DNA of 64,000 nucleotides from Perna viridis. Lineage: Eukaryota. The translations under genes and the position numbers were made by a program. The notes under the pieces were generated by a model, which saw nothing but the letters and a program-made list of their open reading frames with translations, was not told the origin of the DNA and did no database searches. The stretch is from the NCBI GenBank assembly GCA_037379345.1, contig CM074521.1:6696001-6760000 (forward strand). Reading direction: 5' to 3'. Every line of letters begins with the position of its first letter. Within the stretch, counting starts at the first letter, position 1. Shown here in pieces: positions 51,301-63,959 of this stretch.

Positions 51301-54300
51301 TACCACTGCAGACTAGCATTTCAGAATTCTCGTGCAATTACCGATAGGACCATCTGCCACGTCCTTATTGCATTTTAAATATCAAAAGCTGTTTGGAACT
51401 TCTAGATTGTATTTCAAACCTTAAAAGTCGTTCGGGGCTTGCGAACGTATTTTAACAGGAGTGACAATCTTAAGGGAATAATTGTAAAATAAAATACGAA
51501 GTATTTCACAGCGAACGTTTGGAATATCACTGCTAAATTAAAACACGTTTACAAATCATTTTTCCGACGCAGTCCGTATATTTTCGTCTTAAAGACATTT
51601 TGACATTAAAGACGCTCTTCCATGGAAACGCAAGTCACCTGATCGCAATTCTGTTTCCTAATCGGCTAAATATTGAGAACTTAGTGGTGTTCGAAAAAAC
51701 TAACCAAAATTGCATGCCAGGTGTTATATTTCTGAACGAAAGGTAGAAAATTTTAAGTAAAAGAAAGAAAAAATTACTGCGTCGGCTATCTTTCTTTAAA
51801 AAGAAATACTTGTTTAAAAATGCATACAGTTATCTGATATCTTGTTTGAAAAAAAAACGTCATTACGCTTCAATATATAAACAAAATTGCTAGTGACATT
51901 TCCATTACAATTTATTTGAACAACCCTGATCCTATGTGACGGATAAATCTCTATTTTATCTAAGTGGACGATTCTTAATTTAACAGGCTGTCAACTTTGA
52001 TGTTCTCATCCGAATACTTAGCTATGTCTTCCAGGATAGGATTACATAAGACTGTTTAGAGGTTTGAAACCCAATATTTAATTTCGTTCCTAGTTTGTTC
52101 AAAATCGTTTACAAATATTTGATACAGTTTTGGTTCGTATTGGGTATATGAAACTGAAATTGAATAAATACTTTCATTGTCAATTAAAACATTTTGCCCA
52201 TTATAGGATAAAGACATTTTCATTGTTTCTCTATATGTTTTGTTTTATTAAGCATTAACAAAGGTATTACTTATTAGTTGAACTTTTCGCTTGACTTGTT
52301 GTCACGGTGACATCTCCTGATATTTCCAGGCAGCATTTTCGTAATTAATCATTGCAGGGTGAAAACAATTACCGTTTATGAGCAACTCGGTGGGTGTTTC
52401 TACAAAAGCAGAGGACCCTTACCCTCCGGTGCATCTGGTCCATGATCCAAGTTTTTAGTGATGTCCGAGTTCCTCATTTTCTTTTGTTACTTTGTATGTA
52501 TGATTTTAGTTACTTTATGCTCCTTGTTGTGCATGTCTGTTTCCATGGTCTTTGTCCTTGGATTTCATTCTTTTAATTACCACTATAACCTTGGTTCCCT
52601 TGATTACTCTTACTCATCAGGCATTGTATACTGCGTTTTTGAAACAACACTCCAACAATATATGTTTTCTAATTTTTACAGTAGTTTCATGCCTTTTTCA
52701 GATGTATATATCTGCTGGCCAAGACAGCTATCACATGGAACACTTATATTTAATGGAGCCGTCCTGACAACAAAGCCTAATGTTTCTAAAACAACAACAT
52801 GCGAGCCACATGATAGTATAGTGATACATAATCGTCCTAACTCGCCTGTTTATACTCTTCTGAGAACCTTCGACATGACAACGGTAGAAGCAAAGTATGT
52901 GCGATTAAAAAAAATACAAAAACTGTATCATATAAAAACTAGAAAAAGTTAAATGCTCACAATATGTGTACCCCACTCCCCAATTCATGAAAGACAAAGT
53001 TCTTGTTTTTGCCATGATTTACCTAAAAAGAGTTCATTTCAAATTGCAAATAGGAGGTGTACCTCTTTCATATCTGATAAAGATTCTCAAAGATTTTATA
53101 CATTTCATTCAGTTATGTAGTAGGGGAAACGTATAATAGGAGGATATCCCTCTGTGAAACGGAAGTTCGGATAGAACGTGAGCCACTATCACACTATATA
53201 CCTACACATTGAAATTAGGGAGTACAATATATATTTAATTGTATAATATTTTCAACGGTCAGATTTTAGAGGGGGAAGGTTATGATCATGATAAAGTACT
53301 TTAACCCCGCCGCATTTTTTGCGCCTGTCCCAAGTAAGGAATTTCTGTCCTCTGTATGTCCTTGTTTCAATTTCACTTTCAGTTTAATATTTCTGGAGTT
53401 TATATCGACAACGCTTGACGTGTGTATAGTGTTGTTTTGGGGCTAGTTGCAGCCTGTCTGTGGTGTGAGACATTCTTTATTGAAGACCCATGGGTGGCTT
53501 GAGCTGACATTTTTTCATCCCGATGGGTTTTTGACACATTCTTTATTTTCATTCTCGTTATACATTAATCATATTTTTTTGCATAAACATATCTTTTGTT
53601 TGACAACATACAGTTTATTTTTCTACACTTGTTACAAACTTGTTCCATTGTCTTTTGTTCTTAATTTACACAAAATATTTCAATTTTTTTTCTGACAAAA
53701 ACGAGAAGAAGAAAGAATTGAAAACATCATCAACAAATAAAGACTGAAGAACATAACATACAAAGCTTAATTGGAATAAGTTATTAGAAAACCACAACTC
53801 ACAATGAATGTTAAGCTTCTTCTACCTTACTGTATATTAATAGTATAGCTGATGAAACGGGTTTACAAAGCTATTGCAATATAAATCAACTTTCTTTGGT
53901 TGCTAAGTAACAAATAGAAATTCCGTTCAGAAATGACGATTAAAATCTGAAATTATCTTTACACATAAAGGATAAATATTAGATAGAAGTCTACCAGAGG
54001 TTTGTCGAAAAAGAAAAGAAAAAAAAAACTTAAAATGACTTATCATCACATCTGTATTTTTCCCTTCCCATATCATAAAAAGATTATGTACAATTTATTG
54101 GTTCATCCTGTATCATAATTATTTTTATATACCTCAAGTCTGATACTGTGTAATTCACTAATATAAATAAGGGTAACAACAATATTATCGAACATTAGTC
54201 GGATCCACAATCAAGACAAGTCCAAATCAAATCTGGCAATATAGGTATTACACCACCGGAGGCGCTGGTACCACAATGATCCTGAATAGGTTTTATAGCG

Positions 54301-55941
54301 CGCGTAACCTCCTACTTCAATTGCAACGTGAATATACCGATGGTAATTAAATAGCATTTGCATTTTATTGCGTCATAATTGGTAAGTCAGAGGTCACATC
54401 AGTACAGAGAACACTTTAGAAAAAAGAAAACAATTATTCTTGATATCCAAGAAGAAACTGAATAACAAAGGACTGATATCGTAAAAGAATTTGGTAAGAG
54501 ACTTTTTGAGATGCGTTTCGTCATACCCCTGACTTAGGAATCTGTAACGTAGATATTTATGGCGTTCAAGTAAATCAGAGTGGTTAGTACTTGCTTTTGC
54601 ATAGCAAATCAATTATGAATTATATAAACCCCATATGCAGGAGAAGAAGTTATATTGCTGTACAGGTAAGAAGATTTTATAATATCAAAATTAAAGTCGG
54701 CTCTTTTATCATAAATCTTAGCGCTAAATAATCTTCTCCTGATGAGTCTTTTTTTCAGGTTTTCCCCATTTGTCCAATATGGGACAAAAAAGCCGGTGTC
54801 CCATTTGAAAAATAATACAGGTAAGAGTAAATAATGTCTTCCTTTGAATAAAATTTATATAAAAATTTTTGATTGTAAGATATGTATTCACAAATGCTTT
54901 CTCATCTATTATCAAATAAAACTTGATCTAAAATATTTCAAATTAAGAATTCGGTTGTTTAAATAATGGCTTTTAATTCTAGCACTAGTTGTATTTTCGA
55001 TGACCCTAAAAGACCGATTTCCTTTACTCCAGAATGTCAGGGAAACATTCTCGTCAATACACAGGGCATTTGATGAAACTTAAAAGCTGCAGTTTAATTT
55101 TATTCATGAAAATATTAAGTAAGTAGGCCTAGGGTAAGTGACATATCTCTTCCAAATCTTTGGAAACGTTTGAATTCAGTATTTTACATCAAACCCATGT
55201 TAGTATCAAAGTAACTTTTCACATAAAAACTGAATAGGCATTGGTGAAATTGAATATGATACAAGCATATCACTGATTTCATGAGTTGTTTCACTTACCA
55301 TTCGTCTACCTTCTTAAACTAAATGAAGGTGTATAAATTGGATAATATTTTTACTTTTAATTGTAGATACAATTGAGAGAATACGTCGGCAGATTATTGA
55401 CCACCCATCCTACTCAAAACAATCGGCAATAACAGGTACGTAATAGGGGTTTTAAGTCTCATTCAAGTTTCAGTTTCCCTTCCGGAACTTCCTATGTAGA
55501 ACTATTGAAATTCGAAGACAGATCTGCATTTTTTGTTTACTTCCGGGAAATCCAAATGCTGCATCACAATGTAAATCTTCTATTTTATGCTTTTCGTAAC
55601 ATTTTTATCCTGTAGAAGTAGATATTTGTCATGTTTTATTAGTATTTTACACAAAAAGGTACGATATTGAACTAAATGCTATGTTAATGACGAATCTCCA
55701 TGCATTTGAATGGTAGGCTAGGACCCATTACTATGATACCACGGAGCCACATGACGAGACTTACATACCCTATATCACATTTATAATAAAATGGTCCCTT
55801 CTTAATATTCAGTTTTCGATGTAAACATTTGTATAAATGAAAAGTATTTCTGTTTTGTCTTACAGATGCAATAAAAGTCTAAAAACTTGACGTTTGATAA
55901 AAGTGAAAACGAAATTTTTTTATTTATTTTATTTATTTATT

Positions 55942-55980
<39 letters not shown>

Positions 55981-58900
55981 TTCAATATAAAGAAGAATAA
56001 GCTTTAATTTCATATACGGCATGCAGTTCTTTATCAACAGATTGTATGATGCATTTCATCTATTATATCTAGAAATACAGTATTGCTATAGGTTTCAGTG
56101 GATTGTAACAGTCCATTCAAGTTCAGTGCTTTCAGACCACCATTAGTATATTATTTTACTATTACCGTGTATCTCAAGCATCATCAAGGCATTTATATTC
56201 ACTACATTAACGGATTATGTTCGTCTGGGGTTAATTACTCTTGAATTAAATGCACTATTGTCATCACAAGAAGGCATTGAAATGCAATATAAATAAATCA
56301 CTTTTAAGTGCTTCATTTTTGTATTGAACGGTCATTATTTTATAAGGTTCAAGAATAATAAAACATTATCTGTTTTATTCATTTCATTCAATCCCATTTT
56401 TATTATTGTTTTTGATAAAATTCTAAAACTTCTTTTAATACCAAATATTTCTTGGTTCAATTCAAAAAAACATTTTTTTGCATCATTCATTTGACATTAA
56501 ATAAATGTTATGATGAATTCTTACTTGCATGGACTACACACATTTTAGATTTCGATTTATAGATTGAATGTGCGTGCGATTCGTATTAATGTATCTTTGC
56601 GTTACTCAATCTTGTGAGTCATGTTTTTAATAGAGATAAAGCAGCATTGATGAATATCTTTAAAAAAACAGTTTCTTTCGCTACGTCTGAATGTTCTGAT
56701 CTTAATGTGAATTAAATTTGTCAACCATGGTGGTTCTCCTTTATTGGTAAATGATCCCATTGAAACCTATGTTTTAAATATTTGTTACTGTTCCAGTCAT
56801 CCGTTTTATTTAAAAATGTAAATAGAATATCTTTGATATCTTATCACAATTATCACAATCGTGTATCGTTATGGTATATCCATCTGCACCATGAAAAGTG
56901 ATTTATTCAACGGGTCATAGTTTTCCTTTCCTCGTTTGTCTACCCCGGACTTGACTTTTTATGAGAAACTCGGCGGGTGTTTCTAGAAAAACAGAGGACG
57001 CTTACCCTACCGGTGCACCTGGTCCATGCTCCCAGTTTTTAGTGGAGCCCGAGTTGCTCATTTGCTTTTGTTACTTTGTATGTATGATTTTAGTTGCTTT
57101 ATGTTCTTTGTTGTGTATGTCTGTTTTCCATGTCTGGTCTTTGTCCCTGGATTACATTCTTTTGATTACTACTATAACTTTGGTTCCCTTGATTACTCTT
57201 TCTAATCTTCAATGCACATGCAAACAATAACACATTAATTCTAATGAGTTACTACTGTACTATAAAATGGTTCAGAAGCGCATTAAAATATTGAAACGCA
57301 TTCAATAACGCTTTTATCACAAGCTTTGGAATTCATGTTGCGGCATATTTATACAGAGAGAAAAAAACGGCCATAATAAGTTTATAATATATTGCATAAC
57401 ACTTTTTCGACTGTATAATTCATTTACAAATGTGCAGCACTATCAATAAACAGAACTTGTTTCAGTATCTTTGTTCTGATCAATTCGTTAATGTGATGAC
57501 GAGCATATTAAACCCATTTTCAGGGCTGCTTTCCAGAGTTACCATCAAATGTGGTACTTTGTCCTGTATTATTAAATATATACATTGTTGTAGATTTCAT
57601 GAAACGTATGTGGCAATTACCACCTGAGGATTTATAACTGCATCATATGCAACAGACAGGAAATGATTTTCTTTATTTGTGTTTGTGCATGTGTTCTGGT
57701 CTCGGTTTCATGTAAAAAAATCTAAAATACCAAATCTCCTAAAATCACCGGTTCTTCCACAAATCTTCAATTTCAAGTCATTGAATTGTCCATGGTTAAC
57801 ATTTGAATAGAAGACGAACTTTAGGAAAGGCTTAATTTGGAATATTTATCCAACATGACATTGATGTCTTATCACGTAAAAACGATATTCATCTATTCTA
57901 TTCATTTTTTTTTTATTTTTTAGAGGATTATTTAATTGTCATTTTTTTACTTTTATTATTTTTACTGCTGTTCTGTATGTGACTCTGTTCGTGCGGCCCT
58001 AGATTAACTCGATGATCATTCAGTAGCATTTATGATTAAGGATCTTCCTCGGAACTAACATTTATGAAATGAATTCATTGTGAAATATCTTTTATTATTA
58101 CAAAATTCACATCAGCGGCCTATCAGAAGTGAAGATGAAAAAAAAAACCATAACTGTAATATTGCCTAATATCTTTTAATCCTACTGACTGATCATTCAC
58201 TTCAAAAAACGATTGACATGATACTATTTGCAGTGATTTGCGGATCGTTTTAACAATAATGTAATTATTGTAGATACATGTCATCTTTCAAACAATCTCT
58301 AATAAGAACACATTTTAATTTGTATCATTTGAAACTATAAATATATTGATTATAACTATAGTGTACATGTTTCTAAACAAAACCCCTTTTGTTTTAGTGT
58401 GCACCACGTTATTGAGGTTATTTTTAGAGAGGTGAATGTTTTAATAAGAATCAAAATCCATATTAAGTAGCAGTCAGAAATCAGACAGAAGGTGATTTAT
58501 GGATGCAAAAACCCACCGAATTCAGTTTTATCTCTTGTTCAGAAATAGTTACTGATCATATAAACCGTCTTGGTTTTTCATTTGGTTGTTTCTTTTTTTT
58601 AGATGAAAATTACATATATTGTGCATGAAATTTGCAAGAGTTATCATTCTTGATTTTGTTTAATTTATTTGATATTAGTAGGAGATGAAAGTGCAGATCT
58701 ATATGCAGAAAGATTGTTGTTATTTAAAAATGTACCATATGTAGACCGAAAAATCGTCGTACGCTGGGTGGGTTTTTCTTTACCATGATTCATTTTACTG
58801 CTGGTGGTGTCTGATTTGATGTGGACTGATACTTTAGTTAATAAACCAGAATTTTGACTGGTTTAGACAGGCTTCCGGATTATTCAGGATCCATTTTAGG

Positions 58901-61900
58901 TTTGAAAGTTAAAATGTAAAATATAAGAAATCAATAATGTATTACTCTTTACCGTTTTATATTGAAATGATCGTTTTATGAGCTCCTTTTTTTGTTTGTA
59001 ATCCTGCCATATGATATCACATATACACTTTGTTAAATATAATTATACGATACCCGTTATATTCAAAATGTCTTTCAAAGAATATCACCTTTGCTCATTC
59101 CAGTGTCACATACAAAGTATTTCAGTTTAACAAATTTCTAATCTACTACCAAGACATATTTCCCCTAAACATATCCAGTTCGCTCGTTCCACTGTTAGAA
59201 AACAGTATTTCAGTTTAGCAAATGTTTAAAGTATGACCAAGACAAATTGTTTGAAGATAGAAGATATGATCGACCGGTGGTGAAAATGATTGTGTGCCAT
59301 TTTACAAATATAATGACGCGACTATCAGCTGCGTTTCAATGTTGTTTCTAGTGCCTTCAGCAATACTTTCTGAAACGCAATTAACAAATAACATTTTTCT
59401 TTAACGTTAAAAGTAGTTGAAGAAGATGCCCAAAGGAAAAAAGTGTAAGTGGAATGTATCGTAAACTGAAGAATGAAACGTTTTATTACCAGAAATCATT
59501 GATTGCAAAGGCAGTTCCATTATGCTCATAGGAATTCATTTTTCTTTAGCCACAATTGAATATATCATACATATTAAAGTTTTATTTAAATCAGAAGTCG
59601 TGGCCAATTAAGGACAAAATAGAGTAATTGCATTGTTATCTTACTTTCCCCAAAAAAACCTTTGATATTATCATTTTCCTTTTTCTATACACCATTCATA
59701 TCCGCATTACTCTTTCCATTACATTACCAAAATTTGTTATATATGTATGATTGGTTTTTTGAAGTTGCAGTACAACCAAAAATGTTTTGTTCTTATTATC
59801 GTAAAAAACTATAGCAAATGCAGAAAAGTATTGAAACACATTAAGAAGAATTAGCTACTAATGTTGCCTGTAAGAAGTGTCTGCTTCTAATCCACGTTTG
59901 ATCCCTAAGGATCATCAGTGAGTTCTAACTGAATAAACCTTTATATTCAGTATGAACTTTACGTTATGTAATACAACAGGGATTTGTGTGGTGATTTGTT
60001 TTGATAAAAATCGATTTAAATGCAGAGATGTATTGTAAATGTTAACTCAGATAGAAATACAATTAATGTGTTCTTAAATCAAATTGTGTTAACTGTTTGG
60101 AAATAGTTTCCACTTTCAATGCAATAGATTTGCTTTTTTTGTATTTATGTCATAAATATAAAATATGAATTGGTAATAAATCGAAATGAAAATTCCGATT
60201 AAAATATAAAGCATTGTTCGTTTTACTAAGTATTTTGAAAGAGATATTCGCTAATGCAGCAATCTGTTTTATCTTTATTATATAAGTGTAATCGTGTGAA
60301 CCAATGTTCTAGCGGAAATCAAAAGAAAGCAATCCAGGGACAAAGACCAAAGATGGGAAACAGACAAACACTACAAAGAACATTAAGTAACTAAAATAAT
60401 ACATACAAAGTAACACAAGCAAATGAGCAACTCCGACTCCACTAAACAATGGGAGCAAGGACCAGGTGCACCGGTTGAGTGAGCGTCCTCAGCTTGTCTA
60501 GAAACACCCGCCGAGTTGCTCATAAAAAGTCCAGTCCGAGGTAGACGAAAAAGGAAAGTAAAACTATGACACGATGAACAAATCTGTTTTCATGGTGCAG
60601 ATCGATACATCGTTACGATCCACAAGTTACCATGATGGCGATCATAAAATATCTGCAGTGATGACTTCAATCTTGTAGCAACATAGCCCCAATATACACA
60701 AGGATTACACAATTCTTTTGAATTTTGCATTTGTTATATGAATTTATTTTCTTTTGTCGAGAAGTTTCGTATCCGTTTGCCAATTTTCTTTTTACCCTTT
60801 ATTTTAAACTTTGGGAATTTAAATCCACACAACTATTTTCAAATTTAAATTGTGTTTAATTAATTATTAGTTGGTTAATTAAACGAATGATAGACGCATA
60901 ATTGGTTAATTGATAGAATTATTTAAGTACTTTACAGTACCGCTATTCTTTAAAAGCGGTAAATTCACAAATTAAATCATACTGGTTAAAGACGTTCCCA
61001 GCCGAACAGATTCGCTCCCATCCCTTCCTCACCAAATAAATGAAGAAAAAAGCATAGGTCGGTAGCAAATACGGAAATCTTTACCTCCATACAATTTGGA
61101 TATAGTTGAGGTTCCGTGTGAGTGATTCAAAAACAAAAGTTATTGTTACGTCTTGATTCAATTTCTAACAGATGAAATAACCCATACTTTTGGATGTCTA
61201 TGTGACGTATTTACTGACATTAAACACAAGGGCTGCATAAAGTCATATTAGCTAACAAAGCACGAAACAATTCGTCTAATTGAAATTCATTTGCTTCCCT
61301 TGGGTAAACTAATTGTGTCCTAACTCAATAAACTGAATCCACGTTGTAAAAGATTGTCAGATTAAATTTTACATAAATATATTAGAGGATGGATCTTAAC
61401 ACTGATATTGAATCTGTTATGTCGAATTTAATTGGTAGAATGTAGGATGCAATTACTGAAATTCTAGATGTATTCAAGATAAAATGTGTGAAGGTTTTGT
61501 CCATTATATCATATTGATCGATATTTAAAAGTGAAATTCGCGCTTCAACTTTGCAATAAATGTTATATGCGCTAGTAGAATACAAATTCAAAGTGATTTC
61601 ACAGCTTATTTTAATTACATTTTATTGTAATGAAAGTTTAAATCATAGGTCCTCTAAAATTTGTTTCGGTAAAATGGAGAATTTGATACTGAAAAATTTG
61701 AGAAAGGTCACTGCTACACGATCAGTCGAGAGCTATTTGTTTCAATAAATTGAAATGTAGGGAAATGCTACAACGTTTAATTGAGATGGATTATAATTCC
61801 TAAATGGAAGTTATTAGGCCATTACAAAATATGGGAATGGCAAAGCGTCATTCGAAGGGGAATTCGACTCGTGACGAACGGAAACTTGGTACACAAAGAA

Positions 61901-63838
61901 AACTAGTGATAAAATGGAATAAAAAATGTACACAAAACGCAAAACGTTTTTGTTTCGTTTTTTTTTTTTTTTTATTTTGTTTTTGTTTTTGTTTATTTGT
62001 TTGTTTTTTTTTTTTGGTTGAATGTTTTCCTGTTTTGTCAAAGGACCATTTTTTGTGTCGTTATTTTATTTTGCTTTATATCATTACTTTATTAAGAAAA
62101 AAGGTTGTAAAAATCTGTAGTCGCATTCTTTACATGTTTAGATAATGAAATGTACAATTGGTACTATTTTTGTCTGTATATTCATCAGAACTACTGTAAC
62201 GTAATTTAAGTTGGAATCCCATCTTATTCACATGTCTAAAATAGTTACACTTAATACACTCAACACTGTTTTAGCTAGAATATTTTCAAGCAATTCCAAA
62301 AATCCAATTTATTCTGTGCTGTGTTGAAACCATTGAGTCTTACTTAACCTAATAACACCACAGATGTTTCACCATCATCTCGATATTGAATTAGAAGAAG
62401 CCTGAAATAGACGTCTTCTGAGAAGGTGTCTATCTGAATCGAACCGTTAGATGTCATTAGAGTTAAACAGTTATTTTCTAGATGTATTGCTTTTTGTTTT
62501 TAAAGGTCTAAAGCAACATCACATATAAGAAATTGAATACATCTTCAATTAGTCAATTTGAGATGTTTTAGAGGAGAAATTCTAAATTACGTAAACAGAA
62601 ATAATGTAACTGACATGTTAGTACATTTAATAAAGATTCTAATACTCATTAAAAATGCCATTCATTTCTGGTATGTTGAACACATTTTTCAAGGAATAAC
62701 TTACCATCATCACTATAAGAACAAAATGCATAGAACAAAATTCAATCCAAAAGAGAAGTAATCGAATAAAGAAACCAAATCCAACACCGAGAAGTTCCAC
62801 CATATTCTAATTGCAGTTGGGAATGGAGTTATGGAAGATGGATAATCGGGATTAGTTAGACACAAATTTATGACAAAAAAATTTGTACTTTAATCAGAAA
62901 TGTGAAATATGGTATAAAATGAATATCAATGATGCTTAAATTTCCAAATATGATCATCGTTTTTGTTACATATTGTGTGACGTTTGAAATGAAAGGAAAT
63001 TTGGTACAATTTGAGATGGGATATGACGAATGGGTAATGTCGGACGGAACATGACGAATGGGCATTGTGGGATGGGATATGACGAATGAATGGAGCAATG
63101 TGGGATAGGGCAAGGTAAATTGGGCAATGTGGTACGGGGCAATAGCGAATAGGGGGCGTGGGAAGTTTATCCCATAAAAGAGCTGTATAAATTTTTTTAA
63201 CTTCTATTTTTGTAGATGCATCGGAGTGTGGAAATAAAAGAGGTTGTTTCAGGTACCCTTTTGTTATTAGAAATGAATTGCGTTTAACAGAACCGATATG
63301 AATAAAACAATTGGGCGATGTATATTGAAAGTTTATATATAAAAAAAGATATGATAAAATAGGAAAATAGGCATGCTAGCAAGTATTGGGGCTTTAAAAC
63401 AGAAAGACAGTTCAGTGATATTAAAATCCAAACAACCTTCCGAAAGGTAAAAAGAGGAAACAGTCGATTCGCACTTATAAAGACAGGATATATTGTACAA
63501 TCGTTTTTGCCTTAGATTGACAAATTCGTTCAGTAATAAAGACATACATTTGCGACGTATTGTAACAATGTCGAGTACATTTCCATAACTATATTTGCAA
63601 CATTATGATTGTCTCACTGGGCATCTACATATCAGTTTTGTTACTTAAACATCTACTTTGGATATATAAATATTTTGTAAACGTGCTTTGTAGGAAAGGA
63701 AAAAGATCGTGCCAGCATCTTGAATGTGACTATTTCCTCAGTTATCGATATATGAAAGATAATGAAAATGTAGATATTGAAATCAGTGCTAAAACTAAAG
63801 GATGGGTGGCCGTAGGATTCTCATCAGACCGGACTATG
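39116..63838 (+). CDS. FRRS1L: Signal peptide + divergent Reeler-like domain + FRRS1L-type DOMON protein (FRRS1/FRRS1L family), 6 exons in window, 3' end beyond the window
   Basis: Exons 39116-39380, 52702-52894, 54759-54820, 55367-55435, 63216-63252 and 63694-63838 join in phases 1,2,1,1,2 into 257 stop-free codons. CGNKRGCFR..CDYFLSYR..EISAKTKGWVAVGFSSDRTM closely resembles vertebrate FRRS1L as I recall it. The symbol means family-level likeness, not proven orthology. Confidence 0.75.
39471..39652 (+). mobile_element. tRNA-derived SINE family 2, copy 3 (truncated, after a TA microsatellite)
   Basis: gtggtctagg..gagttcgagtcc..cagttctaacatcg. Confidence 0.8.
43650..44100 (-). mobile_element. 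Second Penelope-like element: GIY-YIG C-terminus, decayed hammerhead and an inverted linker segment
   Basis: Minus strand PVREHFLEANH..DMKV and (frameshifted) LFGTAHPYGTN; plus strand LPITAFRKGKSLKEHL linker; minus GCCC-CTGACGA..GGGC. Confidence 0.55.
44263..44395 (-). mobile_element. Same family, 3' tail
   Basis: aagagtaaccaagggaacc..gcggaaatcaaa. Confidence 0.7.
45420..45623 (+). mobile_element. Same family, degenerate 3' UTR
   Basis: tctagaagaacagaggaagcttatccaaccagtgcacctgg..ttcccttgtctactctt. Confidence 0.65.
47566..47731. other. Assembly gap (166 N) in intron A-B of the FRRS1L-like gene
   Basis: N run. Confidence 1.
49315..49485 (+). mobile_element. Penelope-like RT scrap (LYDKHDDLSLHIVN) fused to a 3' UTR fragment
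   Basis: YDKxDD motif followed directly by gtgcacctg..gtggagtccgagttg (internal deletion). Confidence 0.6.
50621..50826. mobile_element. Same TTAA MITE
   Basis: TIRs; right TSD mutated to ataa. Confidence 0.8.
52377..52611 (+). mobile_element. Same family, 3' UTR
   Basis: atgagcaactcgg..ccgagtt..cccttgattactctt. Confidence 0.8.
52702..52894 (+). CDS. FRRS1L-like exon B: Reeler-like core (DVYICW..GTLIF..VSKTTTCEPHDSIVIHN)
   Basis: cctttttcag acceptor, AA|gtatgt donor, phase 1 to 2; lies inside ORF 52458..52952. Confidence 0.75.
53299..53557 (+). mobile_element. HINE-like element (a related remnant lies at about 22340-22600)
   Basis: tttaaccccgccgcattttttgcgcctgtcccaag..tgacacattc..ttcattctc. 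Confidence 0.6.
54470..54722 (-). mobile_element. Penelope-like RT C-terminal fragment, diverged subfamily
   Basis: KIYDKRADFNFDII..SNITSSPAYGVY / YAKAST..DLLERH..LSQGY..LKKSLTKF with a frameshift. Confidence 0.75.
54759..54820 (+). CDS. FRRS1L-like exon C (KFSPFVQYGTKKPVSHLKNNT)
   Basis: tttttttcag acceptor, CAG|gtaaga donor; only the phase 2 to 1 frame is open, exactly as required. Confidence 0.72.
55119..55313. mobile_element. Same TTAA MITE, inverted and degenerate
   Basis: TTAA flanks; atcactgatttcatgagtt. Confidence 0.7.
55367..55435 (+). CDS. FRRS1L-like exon D, linker (DTIERIRRQIIDHPSYSKQSAIT)
   Basis: ttgtag acceptor, CAG|gtacgt donor, phase 1 to 1. Confidence 0.7.
55915..55982. 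repeat. (ATTT)n/(ATT)n compound microsatellite
   Basis: Direct inspection. Confidence 0.9.
56862..57200 (+). mobile_element. Same family, ORF end (..RYGISICTMKSDLFNGS*) plus intact 3' UTR
   Basis: Best-preserved UTR copy. Confidence 0.85.
60285..60690 (-). mobile_element. Same family, RT end plus 3' UTR
   Basis: Reverse-complement match including gactccactaa..gagttgctcat..ttcaatcttgtagcaacata. Confidence 0.85.
63216..63252 (+). CDS. FRRS1L-like exon E (DASECGNKRGCFR)
   Basis: CGxxxGCF pre-DOMON motif; tttttgtag acceptor; phase 1 to 2. Confidence 0.88.
63694..63838 (+). CDS. FRRS1L-like exon F, DOMON N-terminal half including the putative heme-ligand Met
   Basis: CDYFLSYR and GWVAVGFSSDRTM; ATG|gtgagt donor. 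Confidence 0.93.
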
Positions 63839-63959
63839 GTGAGTAGCTTAGCAAATGATGTCATCTCTTCAAAGTGATACACAAAGCATAAAATATAAGG
63901 TAAAGTACAATGGATGATGTTGTCGGTTAAGAGTGTGCAACTTTTGTTTCTCCAATTAA

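Noticed and set aside
47550-51310. Strong minus-strand donors at about 47557 and 51302 suggesting an antisense transcript
   Set aside because: No matching acceptors or ORFs established; one abuts the N gap; such 8-mers occur by chance.
56961-57061. SECIS element (some Naiad elements encode selenoproteins)
   Set aside because: The AUGA is fully Watson-Crick paired with UCAU; there is no GA/GA quartet or correctly spaced apical AA.
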